DNA from: Gemmatimonadota bacterium
Lineage (GTDB): Bacteria; Gemmatimonadota; Gemmatimonadetes; Longimicrobiales; Gaopeijiaceae
Assembly: GCA_039589315.1 (NCBI GenBank)
Contig: JBDHHQ010000158.1
Coordinates: forward strand, 1-14,634
Direction of reading: 5' to 3'
Length of the DNA stretch: 14,634 bases
The notes beneath the pieces were generated by a model. It was not told where the DNA came from and searched no databases. It saw nothing but the letters and a program-made list of their open reading frames with translations. This document shows positions 1-9,353 of the stretch, piece by piece; within the stretch, counting starts at the first letter, position 1, and every line of letters begins with the position of its first letter. Made by a program: the position numbers and the translations under genes.

Positions 1-57
1 GTCTCGGCCGTCGCAGAGGCGTCTTGAGCGGCCCCCCGTCAATTGAGCGTGAGACGA

Positions 58-2781
58 TCATTCCTCCGGGAACGTGGCCGGGCGTCCTCCCTCCAGGCCC
101 TCCGAGGCCGCGGCGAAGAGTGGGTCGAACAGCATCTTGAAGGTGTTGTGGGGTTGGCCACGGAAGTGAGGCTCGAAGGCGATCAGCACCACCGTGCCTT
201 CACCAACGGGCACCCGAACCGCCGCTGGGCGTCCGGTGACGTAGCCGTCAGCTCCGTGTGCCCAGCCGCTCGCCAACACGTCGTCGGCGTAGCTGGCGTA
301 CACGACGGGCTCGCCCACGCCGGGGCCTCCAACTTCGCCGGTGAGCTCCAGCGACTGGCTCCGTACGAAGAAGGCGATGGCCTGGTCGGGCATGCCCCAC
401 GCCAGGGGGTCGGTCACGTTCACGTCGAGCCGCAGGAGGGACCCCGGAATGAAGAAGTCCTGGGACTCGACACCAGCTACGAGATTCCTCGCCGGAAGCT
501 CGAAGTGCTCGATCGCGAAGTCGACCGCGTGGTCCAACGCCAGGACCCAACCACCGCCCTCGACGAAGCGACGAATCGCCGCGACGCCTTCCGTGCCCAC
601 CCCGCCCGCGTACGCTTCGGGCATCTCTCCCGGGCCGAAGCCGTCGAGGATCTCGTCCGCGTCCTGGTCCGGCAGGATCAGGATGTCGAAGTCGTCCAAG
701 GAGCCTGCCCGGATCTGGTCGTTGCCGACGTTCCGGTACTCGAACCCGTACTGATCCAGGACCCAGCGCGTCCACCCCTCGGGCATGTTGGACACGTGGC
801 CCCGGTACAGGGCGATACGGGATGGGCTGAGCGGCGCGGTGGGGCCCGAGGGGACGGAGGCCGCACCCACGAAGGGCACGCCAGCTTCCTCGGATGCTCG
901 CCCGACGCGGTCCCGACCCACGCCCTCGATCACGAAGGTGCCAGCAGGCCATTCGCCGGCCGCCACCGCGAGCCGACTCACCCGCGCCCCTTCGGCCAGA
1001 AGCCGGTTCACCGCCAACGCGGCATTGTTCTGCCTGGGCGAGAGCATCCACACAGCATTCCCACCCGAAGCGTCGACTGACGCTGCACTTGCTGCAATCT
1101 CCTCGACCACCGGCGGCAACTCGAACGACTCCATGACGCCCGCCGCGTTGATCCCCATGTGTAGGCCCAACTCGTAGCCGGTCATGTCGTACGGGGGCTC
1201 CGGTGGTCCTCCCGGATACAGGCGCCGGTCCGGGAACGTCTTGGGCTCCATGAGGTCCACGACGAAGGGCCGGAAGGCCTGAGGGCCGATGACGTAACTC
1301 CCAGCGGGGAAGGAGTGCCTCCCAACCTGGAGCGGAGCCTCGGCCCGCCGGATCTCGATACCACCCAGCCGAAACGTGCGGAGCAGCGCGTCCAGCGCCC
1401 CGGGATCATGTTGTTCGGCTGGGTCCATGACGTACGCGAAGGGGCCGCCGTCGGCGGCCTCGCCCCGGGCGATCTGTCGGCGACCCAGCCGGTAGATGTT
1501 CTCCAGGTAGTCCTGACGGTGCTTGGCCGCGTGGTCCATGACCGCCTTGGACGCCGTGATCATGTAATCCATGGCGTCTCGGATGTGCCAGCAACCGCCC
1601 TCCCACGGGTCTGGGTACTGGGTCGTGGGCCGGTCTGCGGGCAGGAAGCCGGCCCGCGCCCCGAAGGTCGAGGGGATCTCGTCCTCGCCGTAGCAGTGGG
1701 GCGTCGCGTAGCGGTACAGGGCCGTTTCCGTCAGGAAGCCCAGCATGTTGTGGAAGTCCGGCGCGCCGCGCATGGAGCCGTTCCACCACAGGTCGTACAC
1801 GATCCCACTGGACACGCCGGCCTTGCCCTCCCGGGCGAAGCGCTTCTTCATGGCCTCACCGATCTCGTTGAGGCTCGTGACGATCAGCGGGTCCAGGTTG
1901 GGATTCACCGGGTTCTCGAACGGGGGCACCCAGATCCGGCCGGGGAAAGGGCCGCTCTGGTGATGGTTGTATACGATCTGGGGAAACCACTCGTGATAGA
2001 GCTGCCGCGCCACCGCCTTCGTCTCGGCCTGGGTGAACATGTACCAGTCGCGGTTGTTGTCGTGGCCGATGTAGTGGTGGTAAAGCTCGGGCACGGGCGA
2101 CGTTTCGAACTCGGTGCCCACGTTCTGCAAGTACCAGTTTTGTACGATATTCAGCCCGTCCGGATTCATGTTGGGCATGACCAGGACGATGGCGCTCTCG
2201 CGGATCCGACGCGCCTCCTCGCCCTCGTCGGTTGCGAGCCAGTACGCCAGCTCCGGGGTCATCTGACCGTGGGCGACCTCGGTGGCGTGGAGCCCGCCGT
2301 CGATCCAGACGACGACCTTGCCGTCTCGGGCTAGGGCCATGGCCTCGCCCTCGGCGATGCGCGCGTTCGCCAGCTCCCGGTTGGTCTGCTTGTGCCGCTC
2401 CAGCTCTCGCAGGTTCTCCTCCGACGAGATCGCCGCCAGCAGCATAGGCAGACCCAGCGTGCTCTCCCCGATCTGCTCCAGCTGAACCCGCTCCGACGCC
2501 GCATCCAGCGCTTCGAAGTAACGAACAACCGTGGGGTAGTCGGCGAGCTTGTAGTCGGACCCAGGGGGGAAGCCGAAGACGGACTCCGGGGTGGGCACCT
2601 GGGCAGCGGCCGGCGTGGCGCTGGCCGCGAGCACCAGCGCGCAGACGGCGATCCTCACCCGCGAGGATGCACGGCGGACAATCAGGCGACCGACCGCGCC
2701 CCGGGGGGCACGTGGAGTCCGGGGGCCGAGTTGGGTGGCTCCGCTAGAAGAAGGGTCGAGTGGCGTTCGGCGGGCGATCAT
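58..2781 (-). CDS. Secreted M14-family zinc carboxypeptidase-like protein with a C-terminal class-I glutamine-amidotransferase-like domain (907 aa)
   Basis: Zn-binding motif GLHATE (HxxE), plus NPDG, HDNNRDW and YNHHQ (third Zn ligand) of M14 peptidases. C-terminal GWTRWVLDQY...DILILPD...IRRFVEGGG is typical of this long subfamily. Signal-like segment VRIAVCALVLAASATPAAA-QVP. GGAG lies 5 nt before ATG 2781; GTG 2658 is an alternative start just ahead of the signal peptide. Confidence 0.9.
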   Translation of the reverse strand: MIARRTPLDPSSSGATQLGPRTPRAPRGAVGRLIVRRASSRVRIAVCALVLAASATPAAAQVPTPESVFGFPPGSDYKLADYPTVVRYFEALDAASERVQLEQIGESTLGLPMLLAAISSEENLRELERHKQTNRELANARIAEGEAMALARDGKVVVWIDGGLHATEVAHGQMTPELAYWLATDEGEEARRIRESAIVLVMPNMNPDGLNIVQNWYLQNVGTEFETSPVPELYHHYIGHDNNRDWYMFTQAETKAVARQLYHEWFPQIVYNHHQSGPFPGRIWVPPFENPVNPNLDPLIVTSLNEIGEAMKKRFAREGKAGVSSGIVYDLWWNGSMRGAPDFHNMLGFLTETALYRYATPHCYGEDEIPSTFGARAGFLPADRPTTQYPDPWEGGCWHIRDAMDYMITASKAVMDHAAKHRQDYLENIYRLGRRQIARGEAADGGPFAYVMDPAEQHDPGALDALLRTFRLGGIEIRRAEAPLQVGRHSFPAGSYVIGPQAFRPFVVDLMEPKTFPDRRLYPGGPPEPPYDMTGYELGLHMGINAAGVMESFELPPVVEEIAASAASVDASGGNAVWMLSPRQNNAALAVNRLLAEGARVSRLAVAAGEWPAGTFVIEGVGRDRVGRASEEAGVPFVGAASVPSGPTAPLSPSRIALYRGHVSNMPEGWTRWVLDQYGFEYRNVGNDQIRAGSLDDFDILILPDQDADEILDGFGPGEMPEAYAGGVGTEGVAAIRRFVEGGGWVLALDHAVDFAIEHFELPARNLVAGVESQDFFIPGSLLRLDVNVTDPLAWGMPDQAIAFFVRSQSLELTGEVGGPGVGEPVVYASYADDVLASGWAHGADGYVTGRPAAVRVPVGEGTVVLIAFEPHFRGQPHNTFKMLFDPLFAAASEGLEGGRPATFPEE

Positions 2782-2947
2782 GGAGTCTCCCGGATGCTGC
2801 GGTCACGACGCGAGGACGGTGCCGAATATAGGCGTTCGGCCGTCCGTCCAGCTACGAAGTCCGGACCCGGTCCCGCCCGTGCTTGCGAAATGACTCGCGA
2901 ATCGTTCACATCGAACTGAAGCCTCCTCAGCCGGACCGACGCACGCC

Positions 2948-3436
2948 ATGCCCAGGAAAGCCTTCACCGTCCAAGAGGCGACCGACTTGATCCCCGTCAT
3001 GGAGGGCGTCTTCGAGGGCATCCGGGAAAGGCGGGCGCGCCTGGAGGAACTGGACGAGCGGATGCAGCTCCTGGACGTCCTCTGGGGCGACCGTCTGTAC
3101 AAGCCGCAGAATCCGGACTTCCCCGAATTCGCGCGCTGCCGCAATCAGATCCGGCGGATGGTCAAGGAAGTCGAGGGGATGATCCAGGACGAGATCCTCG
3201 CCCGGGGTGTTCGGTTTCCACCGGGTGGACTGGAGCAAGGTCTGCTGGACTTCCCGACGACCCTGGATGGGCGGTGGGTGTTCATGTGCTGGCAGAGTGG
3301 CGAGCAGCGGATGGAGTCGTGGCATGAGCTCGACGGTGGATTCGCAGGACGCCGACCTCTGACCCGGGACGTGGCCCAACGCATGGGCCGCGACGACACC
3401 CGGGACGGCGTGGAGGACCAGTCCGCGGCTTCTTGA
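2948..3436 (+). CDS. DUF2203 domain-containing protein (162 aa)
   Basis: N-terminal FTVQEATDLIP and C-terminal GLLDFP...VFMCWQSGE...WHELDGGFAGRRPL match the DUF2203 pattern as I recall it; coiled-coil-like middle. Confidence 0.85.
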   Translation: MPRKAFTVQEATDLIPVMEGVFEGIRERRARLEELDERMQLLDVLWGDRLYKPQNPDFPEFARCRNQIRRMVKEVEGMIQDEILARGVRFPPGGLEQGLLDFPTTLDGRWVFMCWQSGEQRMESWHELDGGFAGRRPLTRDVAQRMGRDDTRDGVEDQSAAS

Positions 3437-3526
3437 CCCCTGGCTGAATCCAGCGACCATTCTGGGTCTCGATCCGCGGGGACGCACTCAGCGTCCCCCT
3501 TCTCGTATCTGTTCTCCTCATAGCAA

Positions 3527-5008
3527 ATGAACGAACGCGCCGCACCGGAACGTCGCCCCGGATTCCGGAGCATGGTCCCCACCCGGGGAGAGCTCTCGGA
3601 GGTGGTGCGTCTGGCCCTGCCCGTGGCCGGAGTGCAGGTGGGCATGATGGGCATGGGGGTCGTGGATACCATCATGGTGGGCCGGGTGTCGCCCACTGAC
3701 CTCGCTGCCATCGCCCTGGGCAACATCTACTTCTTCGCCGCGGTTGTCTTCGGGATGGGCGTGATCATGTCCCTCGATCCCGTCGTATCGCAGGCGGTGG
3801 GCGCGGGCGACCGCATCGGGGTGGCGAGGGCGGTTCAGCGCGGGCTCCTGCTCGCGCTGGGCCTGTCGCTCATCGCCATGCTCTTGCTCACGCCAGCGGC
3901 GCCCATCCTCACCTTCCTCCGCCAGCCCGAGGACGTGATACCCGTCGCCGCGGGATACGCGCATGCGTCGATTCCGGGCGCCTTCCCGTTCCTGGCCTTC
4001 ATGGCCCTGCGCCAGACGCTCCAGGCCATCGGCCGGGTGGCGCCCATCGTCTGGGTGATCGTCGCGGCCAACCTGGCCAACGTGTTCTTCAACTGGGTCC
4101 TGGTCTTCGGTCACCTGGGCTTCAGCCCCATGGGCGCCGTGGGCTCGGGTTGGGCGTCGAGCCTCAGCCGGTGGTTCATGCTGGTCGGAATCGCGTGGGT
4201 CACATGGCCCCTTCTCAGGCAGTACTTACGGCCCGTCCGGCCCGAGGCGTTCCAGCTTCCGCCACTGGTGCGCATGGTCCGGCTGGGTGCCCCCATCGGC
4301 ATTCAACTCCAACTCGAGTTCGGTGCCTTCATGGTCGTGGGCATCCTCATGGGTTGGCTGGGGACCATGGCCATGGCGGGGCATCAGGTGGCCCTGAACC
4401 TGGCCTCGTTCACGTTCATGGTACCAGTGGGAATCTCCCAGGCGTCAGCCGTCCTGGTGGGGCGGGCCATCGGTAGGGAGGACCCGGCGGGCGCCCGACG
4501 GGCCGCGGGCGGAGGCGTGCTCCTGGCCGTGGTGTTCATGACCGCGACGGCCCTTCTCTTCCTGACGCTGCCACACCTACTGGCCCGGATCTACACGGAC
4601 GAAGTGGCAGTCCTCGCGCTGGCGGTCACGCTGATCCCGGTGGCCGGCATCTTCCAGGTGGTGGATGGTCTCCAGGTGGTGGCCGCCGGGGTGCTTCGGG
4701 GCATTGGTGACACCAAGAGCCCCATGATCGTCAACGTGCTCGGGTTCTGGCTCGTGGGGATGCCGGTGAGCCTCTACTTGGGGTTCCGCACGCCCGCGGG
4801 GCCGGTGGGCCTCTGGTGGGGGCTGGCAGCGGGGTTGGGAGCCGTGTCGGTTCTGCTGCTGATCCGGGTTCGGCACCGGATGGGACGCGATCTGCAACGC
4901 ATCGTGATCGACGACGAGCACCCGGGGCCTCTGGCGCCCGACAAGGCGGGGGTGGAAGTCGACACCCGTACCGACCCGGGCGCTCTTCCCGCGCCAGGCA
5001 TCGAATAG
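3527..5008 (+). CDS. MATE family multidrug efflux transporter, NorM/MdtK-like (493 aa)
   Basis: About 12 hydrophobic segments. MATE motifs LALP, VDTIMVGR, LAAIALG, VSQAVGAG, RLGAPIG, AGHQVALN, FQVVDGLQ and GVLRGIGDT. Confidence 0.95.
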   Translation: MNERAAPERRPGFRSMVPTRGELSEVVRLALPVAGVQVGMMGMGVVDTIMVGRVSPTDLAAIALGNIYFFAAVVFGMGVIMSLDPVVSQAVGAGDRIGVARAVQRGLLLALGLSLIAMLLLTPAAPILTFLRQPEDVIPVAAGYAHASIPGAFPFLAFMALRQTLQAIGRVAPIVWVIVAANLANVFFNWVLVFGHLGFSPMGAVGSGWASSLSRWFMLVGIAWVTWPLLRQYLRPVRPEAFQLPPLVRMVRLGAPIGIQLQLEFGAFMVVGILMGWLGTMAMAGHQVALNLASFTFMVPVGISQASAVLVGRAIGREDPAGARRAAGGGVLLAVVFMTATALLFLTLPHLLARIYTDEVAVLALAVTLIPVAGIFQVVDGLQVVAAGVLRGIGDTKSPMIVNVLGFWLVGMPVSLYLGFRTPAGPVGLWWGLAAGLGAVSVLLLIRVRHRMGRDLQRIVIDDEHPGPLAPDKAGVEVDTRTDPGALPAPGIE

Positions 5009-5035
5009 GGACCTGAGCACAACGTGCCAGAACAC

Positions 5036-5701
5036 ATGAAAGAGAATCACATAGAGGTCACGCGCACAGCGCGTTATATGACTCTGGGCTCGCCGGGGTC
5101 AGACACGAGGCAGGTCTGGCTCTGTTGCCACGGCTATCGGCAGCTCGCCAACCGGTTCCTGCGTCGGTTTCGGGCTCTGGACGACGGCTCCCGCTTGCTG
5201 GTCGCGCCCGAGGGCCTTTCGCGCTTTTACGTCGACCGGGCCCCCGGACCCCATGGCCCGCAGCACCTGGTCGGCGCCTCGTGGATGACCCGGGAAGACC
5301 GCCTGACCGAGATCGGGGACTACATCCGCTATTTGGACGCCGTGGCGGAGCGTGTTCTCTCGGAGGTCGGAAGCGCACGCCAGGTCGTGTTGGGCTTTTC
5401 CCAGGGCGTACACACCGTGTCCCGGTGGGTGACGCACGGGAACGTGCATCCGAGCCGGCTGGTGCTCTGGGGTGCCTACCTCCCACAGGATCTGGACATG
5501 GAGGCGGCGGCCCGAGCATTGGAGGGCGTCACCCTGACGCTGGTGCGAGGTCACGAAGACACGGCGGTCAGCGACGCCATGGAGGCTGCGGCGGTGGCCC
5601 GCCTGGAGGGGTGGGGTATCGGTTACGAGGTGGATACCCATCCAGGTGGACACGACATCGACGAGGCGCTGCTCAGGCGGATCGCTGCGAGGGAAGGGTA
5701 G
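5036..5701 (+). CDS. Alpha/beta-hydrolase, phospholipase/carboxylesterase family (~221 aa)
   Basis: HGY oxyanion region, nucleophile elbow GFSQG, RGHED (catalytic Asp) and GGHDI (catalytic His). Starts 27 nt after the MATE stop, so probably co-transcribed. GTG 5024 is an alternative start. Confidence 0.88.
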   Translation: MKENHIEVTRTARYMTLGSPGSDTRQVWLCCHGYRQLANRFLRRFRALDDGSRLLVAPEGLSRFYVDRAPGPHGPQHLVGASWMTREDRLTEIGDYIRYLDAVAERVLSEVGSARQVVLGFSQGVHTVSRWVTHGNVHPSRLVLWGAYLPQDLDMEAAARALEGVTLTLVRGHEDTAVSDAMEAAAVARLEGWGIGYEVDTHPGGHDIDEALLRRIAAREG

Positions 5702-5761
5702 AAGGGGGCGGGACGAATCGTCGACCCGGCCGCCGAGGCGCCTGGGGACCCGTGACGTTGC

Positions 5762-5777
5762 TGGGCACCTCCTTGCA
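5762..5777 (+). promoter_or_regulatory. Candidate sigma54 (-24/-12) promoter upstream of the TerB-like gene
   Basis: TGGGCACCTCCTTGCA gives TGG and TTGCA with the exact GG-N10-GC spacing; the internal CAC is shifted by one base from consensus. Lies ~57 nt before GTG 5834. Confidence 0.3.
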
Positions 5778-5833
5778 GCCGCGACCCACGTCACTCACCT
5801 TCGCCCCCTGACCACAGGCGAAAGGAATCTCCG

Positions 5834-6304
5834 GTGTCTGAACGCGGGGCCATGAACGAACCGGACTGGCTGACCCTGATCTACTCACCCTTCTGGGTCT
5901 TTGTCGCGGTGGCGGGCGCGGACGGGAAGATGGATGCTAAGGAGGTCGACGCGCTCCACGCCGTTCTCGAAGGCGCCGAGGCTGGTGGATCCCAGCTCCT
6001 GAGCGACGTCCTCGCGGCATGCGCCGAAGACCCGGAGGCCGCGTTCGACGCGTTCCGGACCGACGGGCGTACCGTGGATGACGGACTGGCCCAGGTCCGT
6101 CAGGTTCTGGACCGTGAGCTCGGGGAGGATCGCGCACTCGACTTCAAACGGGGACTGCTTTCGCTGGGCGTGCACTTCGCCCAGGCCTCCGGAGGCGGGA
6201 TGCTGGGCTTCGGCAGCAAGGTCAGCCCCGAAGAGCGGTCGTCGCTGGCCCTGCTGGTAGGGTTTCTGGGGCTCCCCGCCGAGGAGCTGCCCAGTAGCTT
6301 CTGA
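5834..6304 (+). CDS. TerB-like (tellurite-resistance TerB superfamily) hypothetical protein (156 aa)
   Basis: Motifs VAGADGKMDAKE and FAQASGGGMLGFGSKVSPEE resemble TerB-fold proteins. AAGGA at ~5822-5826 precedes GTG 5834; ATG 5852 is an alternative start. Confidence 0.65.
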   Translation: MSERGAMNEPDWLTLIYSPFWVFVAVAGADGKMDAKEVDALHAVLEGAEAGGSQLLSDVLAACAEDPEAAFDAFRTDGRTVDDGLAQVRQVLDRELGEDRALDFKRGLLSLGVHFAQASGGGMLGFGSKVSPEERSSLALLVGFLGLPAEELPSSF

Positions 6305-6397
6305 GGTTGGGAAACGCCGAATGAGCCCCGCAGGCGAAGGCCCGACGTCGAGCGAATCGAGGCGAAGGAGCTTCGCGGCCGGTAATCGGAGAGGGCT

Positions 6398-9111
6398 CTA
6401 GGAGCCCAACCGGACGAGCGCTTCGACGGCCTGATCCATCAGCGACCTCGAGGGCAGGTTCTCGTCGGCCTTCTCGAGTAGATCGAGAAAACGACGGTAT
6501 TCCCTTCGAGCACTGTCGACCTCACCAGCGGCTTCCAGGGCCCGGGCCCTCACGAGGTGCGCTCGAGTCTCGAAGGCGGGCGCGTTCATCCAGTTGATCC
6601 GGTCCAGGTACTGCAGTGCCCGCTGACGCGTTTCCGGCTGAGACGCCATGGCGTCCAACCAATGGAAGAGCAGCGCGGAGGCCCGAAGGCCGGGAACGAG
6701 AGGCGTGGGGGAGAAAGAGCGGAGGCCACGCTCCATGGCCACGATTCCCGAAGCCGTGTCACCGCGGATGATCTGGGACCAACCCGCCGCTGCGATCGTG
6801 TAGCCCTCGAATGCGGCGGCTTCCCTGTCGGCGACCGGGATGCCGCTGAAGATCAGATCGGCCCTCTCCGCATCACCCGTCGAAAGGGCGGCAAGGCCGT
6901 GCACGAAGGCGTCGGTTTCCGCGCCGAACGACCCGCCGAGGAAGTCCGGTCGGGCGAACCCGGCGAGCACGGCAGAACCGCTGCTTGAGGCCGCAAGACC
7001 GGGCGGAAGCGAGTCGATGAGCTGCCGCGCCTCTGTTATTCGGCCCGTGGCTGTGAGGATGTAGGCTCGTTGGGCGGTCAAGCCGACCTGCCGGAGGTCG
7101 GAGGGCTCATGGGATGCTGCGGTGGAGTCGAGTTCACCCAGGATCTCTTCGGGCGTGTAGCGCCCAGACCGGAAAGCCACGGGGAACACCCAGAACCAGT
7201 TCGCCGTGGGAGAGGACTCCAGCAGCTGCCCGACGTCCACGTCGGATCCCCACAGGGCGAGGACGGCATTCCTGAACGGCGCTTCGAACGCCGAGCCGAC
7301 ACGGCCCAACTCACGCCCATAGCGCCCCAGCGCCGCGCTGTCGAGTCGGTTCGGGATCATCCACATCGGATGCACGAAGGCGGGCGTGAGGGCCGGATCG
7401 AGCTCCAGGATACGGTCGAAGGGCTCCATGACCCACTCGACGCCCAGATCCAGGGCTTCGAAGGAGTGGTATCTGGCGTCGCCCACGCCGAACCATACCT
7501 CGACGTCGTCCGGATAGCGGCGCAGATACTCCTCGAAGCCCGCCCTCGCTTCCTCCATGGCGCCTCGGTACATGAGAAGCTGAGCCTCGACGAGGGCTCG
7601 GGCGCGATGGGGAAGACGATCCTGGAAGCGGCCGGCGGCGTACAGCGCCTCTCGCCGCCGCTCCACGTGGTCCGGCAGCTGGTCCCACGCGTACACCGAC
7701 CCGAGCCTGGAGTACACGAGGGCGAACGTGGAGTCGAGCGCCACGGCCCGGGCGAAGGACTGCGCCGCGTCCTCCAGCTCCATGCGACGGTAGTGGCTCT
7801 CTCCCTCGAGGAATGATCGCAGGGCGTCGGGGTCTTCCGTCGTGATGGCGCTGACCTGGAGCGTCGGAAGGGGCGCCTCGTCCCGCCAGATCTCGACCAA
7901 GAGCGCCACAGCCAGCGCATCCACGACGGCCAGGAGGCTATCGGTCGCGCCTGTGGCGCACGCCCAACGGCGAGGCTCCGGGGAATGCTCAACGCCTCGT
8001 CTACTGCTTCCCATCTGTCCACCACCGAACGCGGTGAGCGAACGCGGATGCCGCCGACACCGTCCAGGTTTGCCCCTAGGAGGTAGGCGAACCCCTCGCC
8101 CGAGATTCCAAGGGGGCCCGAAGTGGCGAACGGGACCACGGCGATCGAGCTCGTGGCGGGTGAATCACCCGAGCCGGTGGACCGCGTTCGACTCAGGGCG
8201 GTAATCACCGCCACTGCCGCGATCAGCAGCGGGACGCCCCAGATCAGACCCCGGCGGAGGCGGGTGGGCCGCTGGCTGGTCTCGGACTCGGCCGCTATCG
8301 CTAGCCCCTCGTCGACACCGGCGCGGGACCGCTTCCGTTGCACCACCGGTGGCGTGGGGCTTCGAGGTTCGCTGGGCAGGGGCAGAGGGAGTCTTCCCTC
8401 CCGGATCGCTGCGGCCAGGTCCCGGGTCTCGGCCGAGGGCTCGATGTCGTACTCGGAAGCGAGGACGCCCGCAAACGCCGCGTATTCCCGGACGGCCTCC
8501 GCCCGGTTGCCCTGCCGATGGAGTAGGGCCAGGAGCCGCCGGAAGAGCACCTCGTCGGTCGGCGCGAGCTCAACCGCGCGTCTGACCCAGGCAACGGCTT
8601 CGGGCAGGGCACCCTCGCTCTCGTGGCGATCGGCGAGGCGGCAAGATCCCTCCACCGCGAGCTCCCGCAGCCGAGCTCGCTCGCCGTCCAGCCAGCGCTC
8701 GAACTCGGGCGCGTCGCTGACGTGAAAGCCGCTCAGCAGCTCGCCCCGGTAAAGGTCGAGGGCCACCTCCGGACGACCCTGGCCCATGGCTTCGTCGAAT
8801 GCCTGGACGTCGCTCCACAGGTGATCCGCCGACACGCCCACCTCGTCGTCGCCCCTGCTCAGGATGACACCGTCGCCCAGGCGTTGACGAAGGTGGTGGA
8901 CGGCCTTGTTCAGGGCTCCCCTGGCATGGGCGTCGTCGAGCTCGGGCCAAAAGAGCGTCAGCAGCCGGTCGCGCCTGTGCCAAGGCCGCGGTCGCGCGGC
9001 TACCAGATATGCGAGCAGAGCAGCCCGTTTCGGCTGCAGGCGGACGGAGGGTCGCCCTGCCTCGGCACCTTCGGTCATGGCGAAGGATCCGAGAAGGCGA
9101 AGGCGGATCAT
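6398..9111 (-). pseudogene. Frameshifted membrane-anchored SARP-type regulator: wHTH + BTAD, TM helix, TolB-like domain, TPR region. Split into ORFs 9111(9126)..7357 and 8014..6398
   Basis: N-terminal IRLRLLGSF...PKRAALLAYL...RDRLLTLFWPE...ARGALNKAVHHLR (wHTH) and ALDLYRGELL...EFERWLDGER...GNRAEAVREY (BTAD). TM helix GLIWGVPLLIAAVAVITAL, then TolB-like IAVVPF...GFAYLL. Protein-like sequence switches frame at 7958-7959 and continues as DSLLAVVDAL...ITTEDPDALRSFLEGE...RAVALDSTFAL (TPR). AGGAG lies 7 nt before ATG 9111. Confidence 0.8.
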
Positions 9112-9194
9112 GGGCGCGCTCCTCATGGCCTCGAGCCCTGGGGAGTGCTGGGTCAGCGCCAGGTCAGAGAGCGGGAAGAGCCAAGGCCTATGTA

Positions 9195-9210
9195 TGCAAT
9201 GTTCAGGCCG
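9195..9210 (-). promoter_or_regulatory. Candidate sigma54 (-24/-12) promoter for the BTAD regulator gene
   Basis: Minus strand reads CGGCCTGAACATTGCA: GG-N10-GC spacing with a perfect TTGCA, 84 nt upstream of ATG 9111. Confidence 0.35.
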
Positions 9211-9341
9211 GTTGCAGGGCCGTCAACGGCTTGCTGCCGCCCGAACGTGGGAGCTCCGCAGGCCTGCCGGGCCTTGCCCCGTCGAGTGCCGAGAGGTCGA
9301 GGGATCGCGTGGGCCTTGCGGAGCCGATCGGCACTCGATGG

Positions 9342-9349
9342 AAGGAGGT
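9342..9349 (+). promoter_or_regulatory. Strong Shine-Dalgarno site for the lipoprotein gene
   Basis: AAGGAGGT, 4 nt before ATG 9354. Confidence 0.8.
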
Positions 9350-9353
9350 CGTC

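Noticed and set aside
1..27. Possible 3' end of an upstream plus-strand gene (VSAVAEAS*)
   Set aside because: Only nine codons are visible, too little to support a call.
43..2919. Long plus-strand ORFs 43..1080, 1315..2334 and 2392..2919
   Set aside because: Antisense shadows of the M14 gene, expected in high-GC DNA; no recognisable motifs.
7357..7957. Last ~200 aa of the 589-aa ORF as genuine coding sequence
   Set aside because: Rich in Ser/Arg/Pro/Trp, as expected of an out-of-frame read; the overlapping frame carries the TPR-like sequence.
7950..7970. Programmed ribosomal frameshift at the BTAD junction
   Set aside because: No slippery heptamer or homopolymer run at the junction, and sequence appears to be missing rather than just shifted.
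9009..9353. N-terminal extension of the lipoprotein ORF
   Set aside because: Overlaps the divergent regulator; the perfect SD and lipobox point to ATG 9354.
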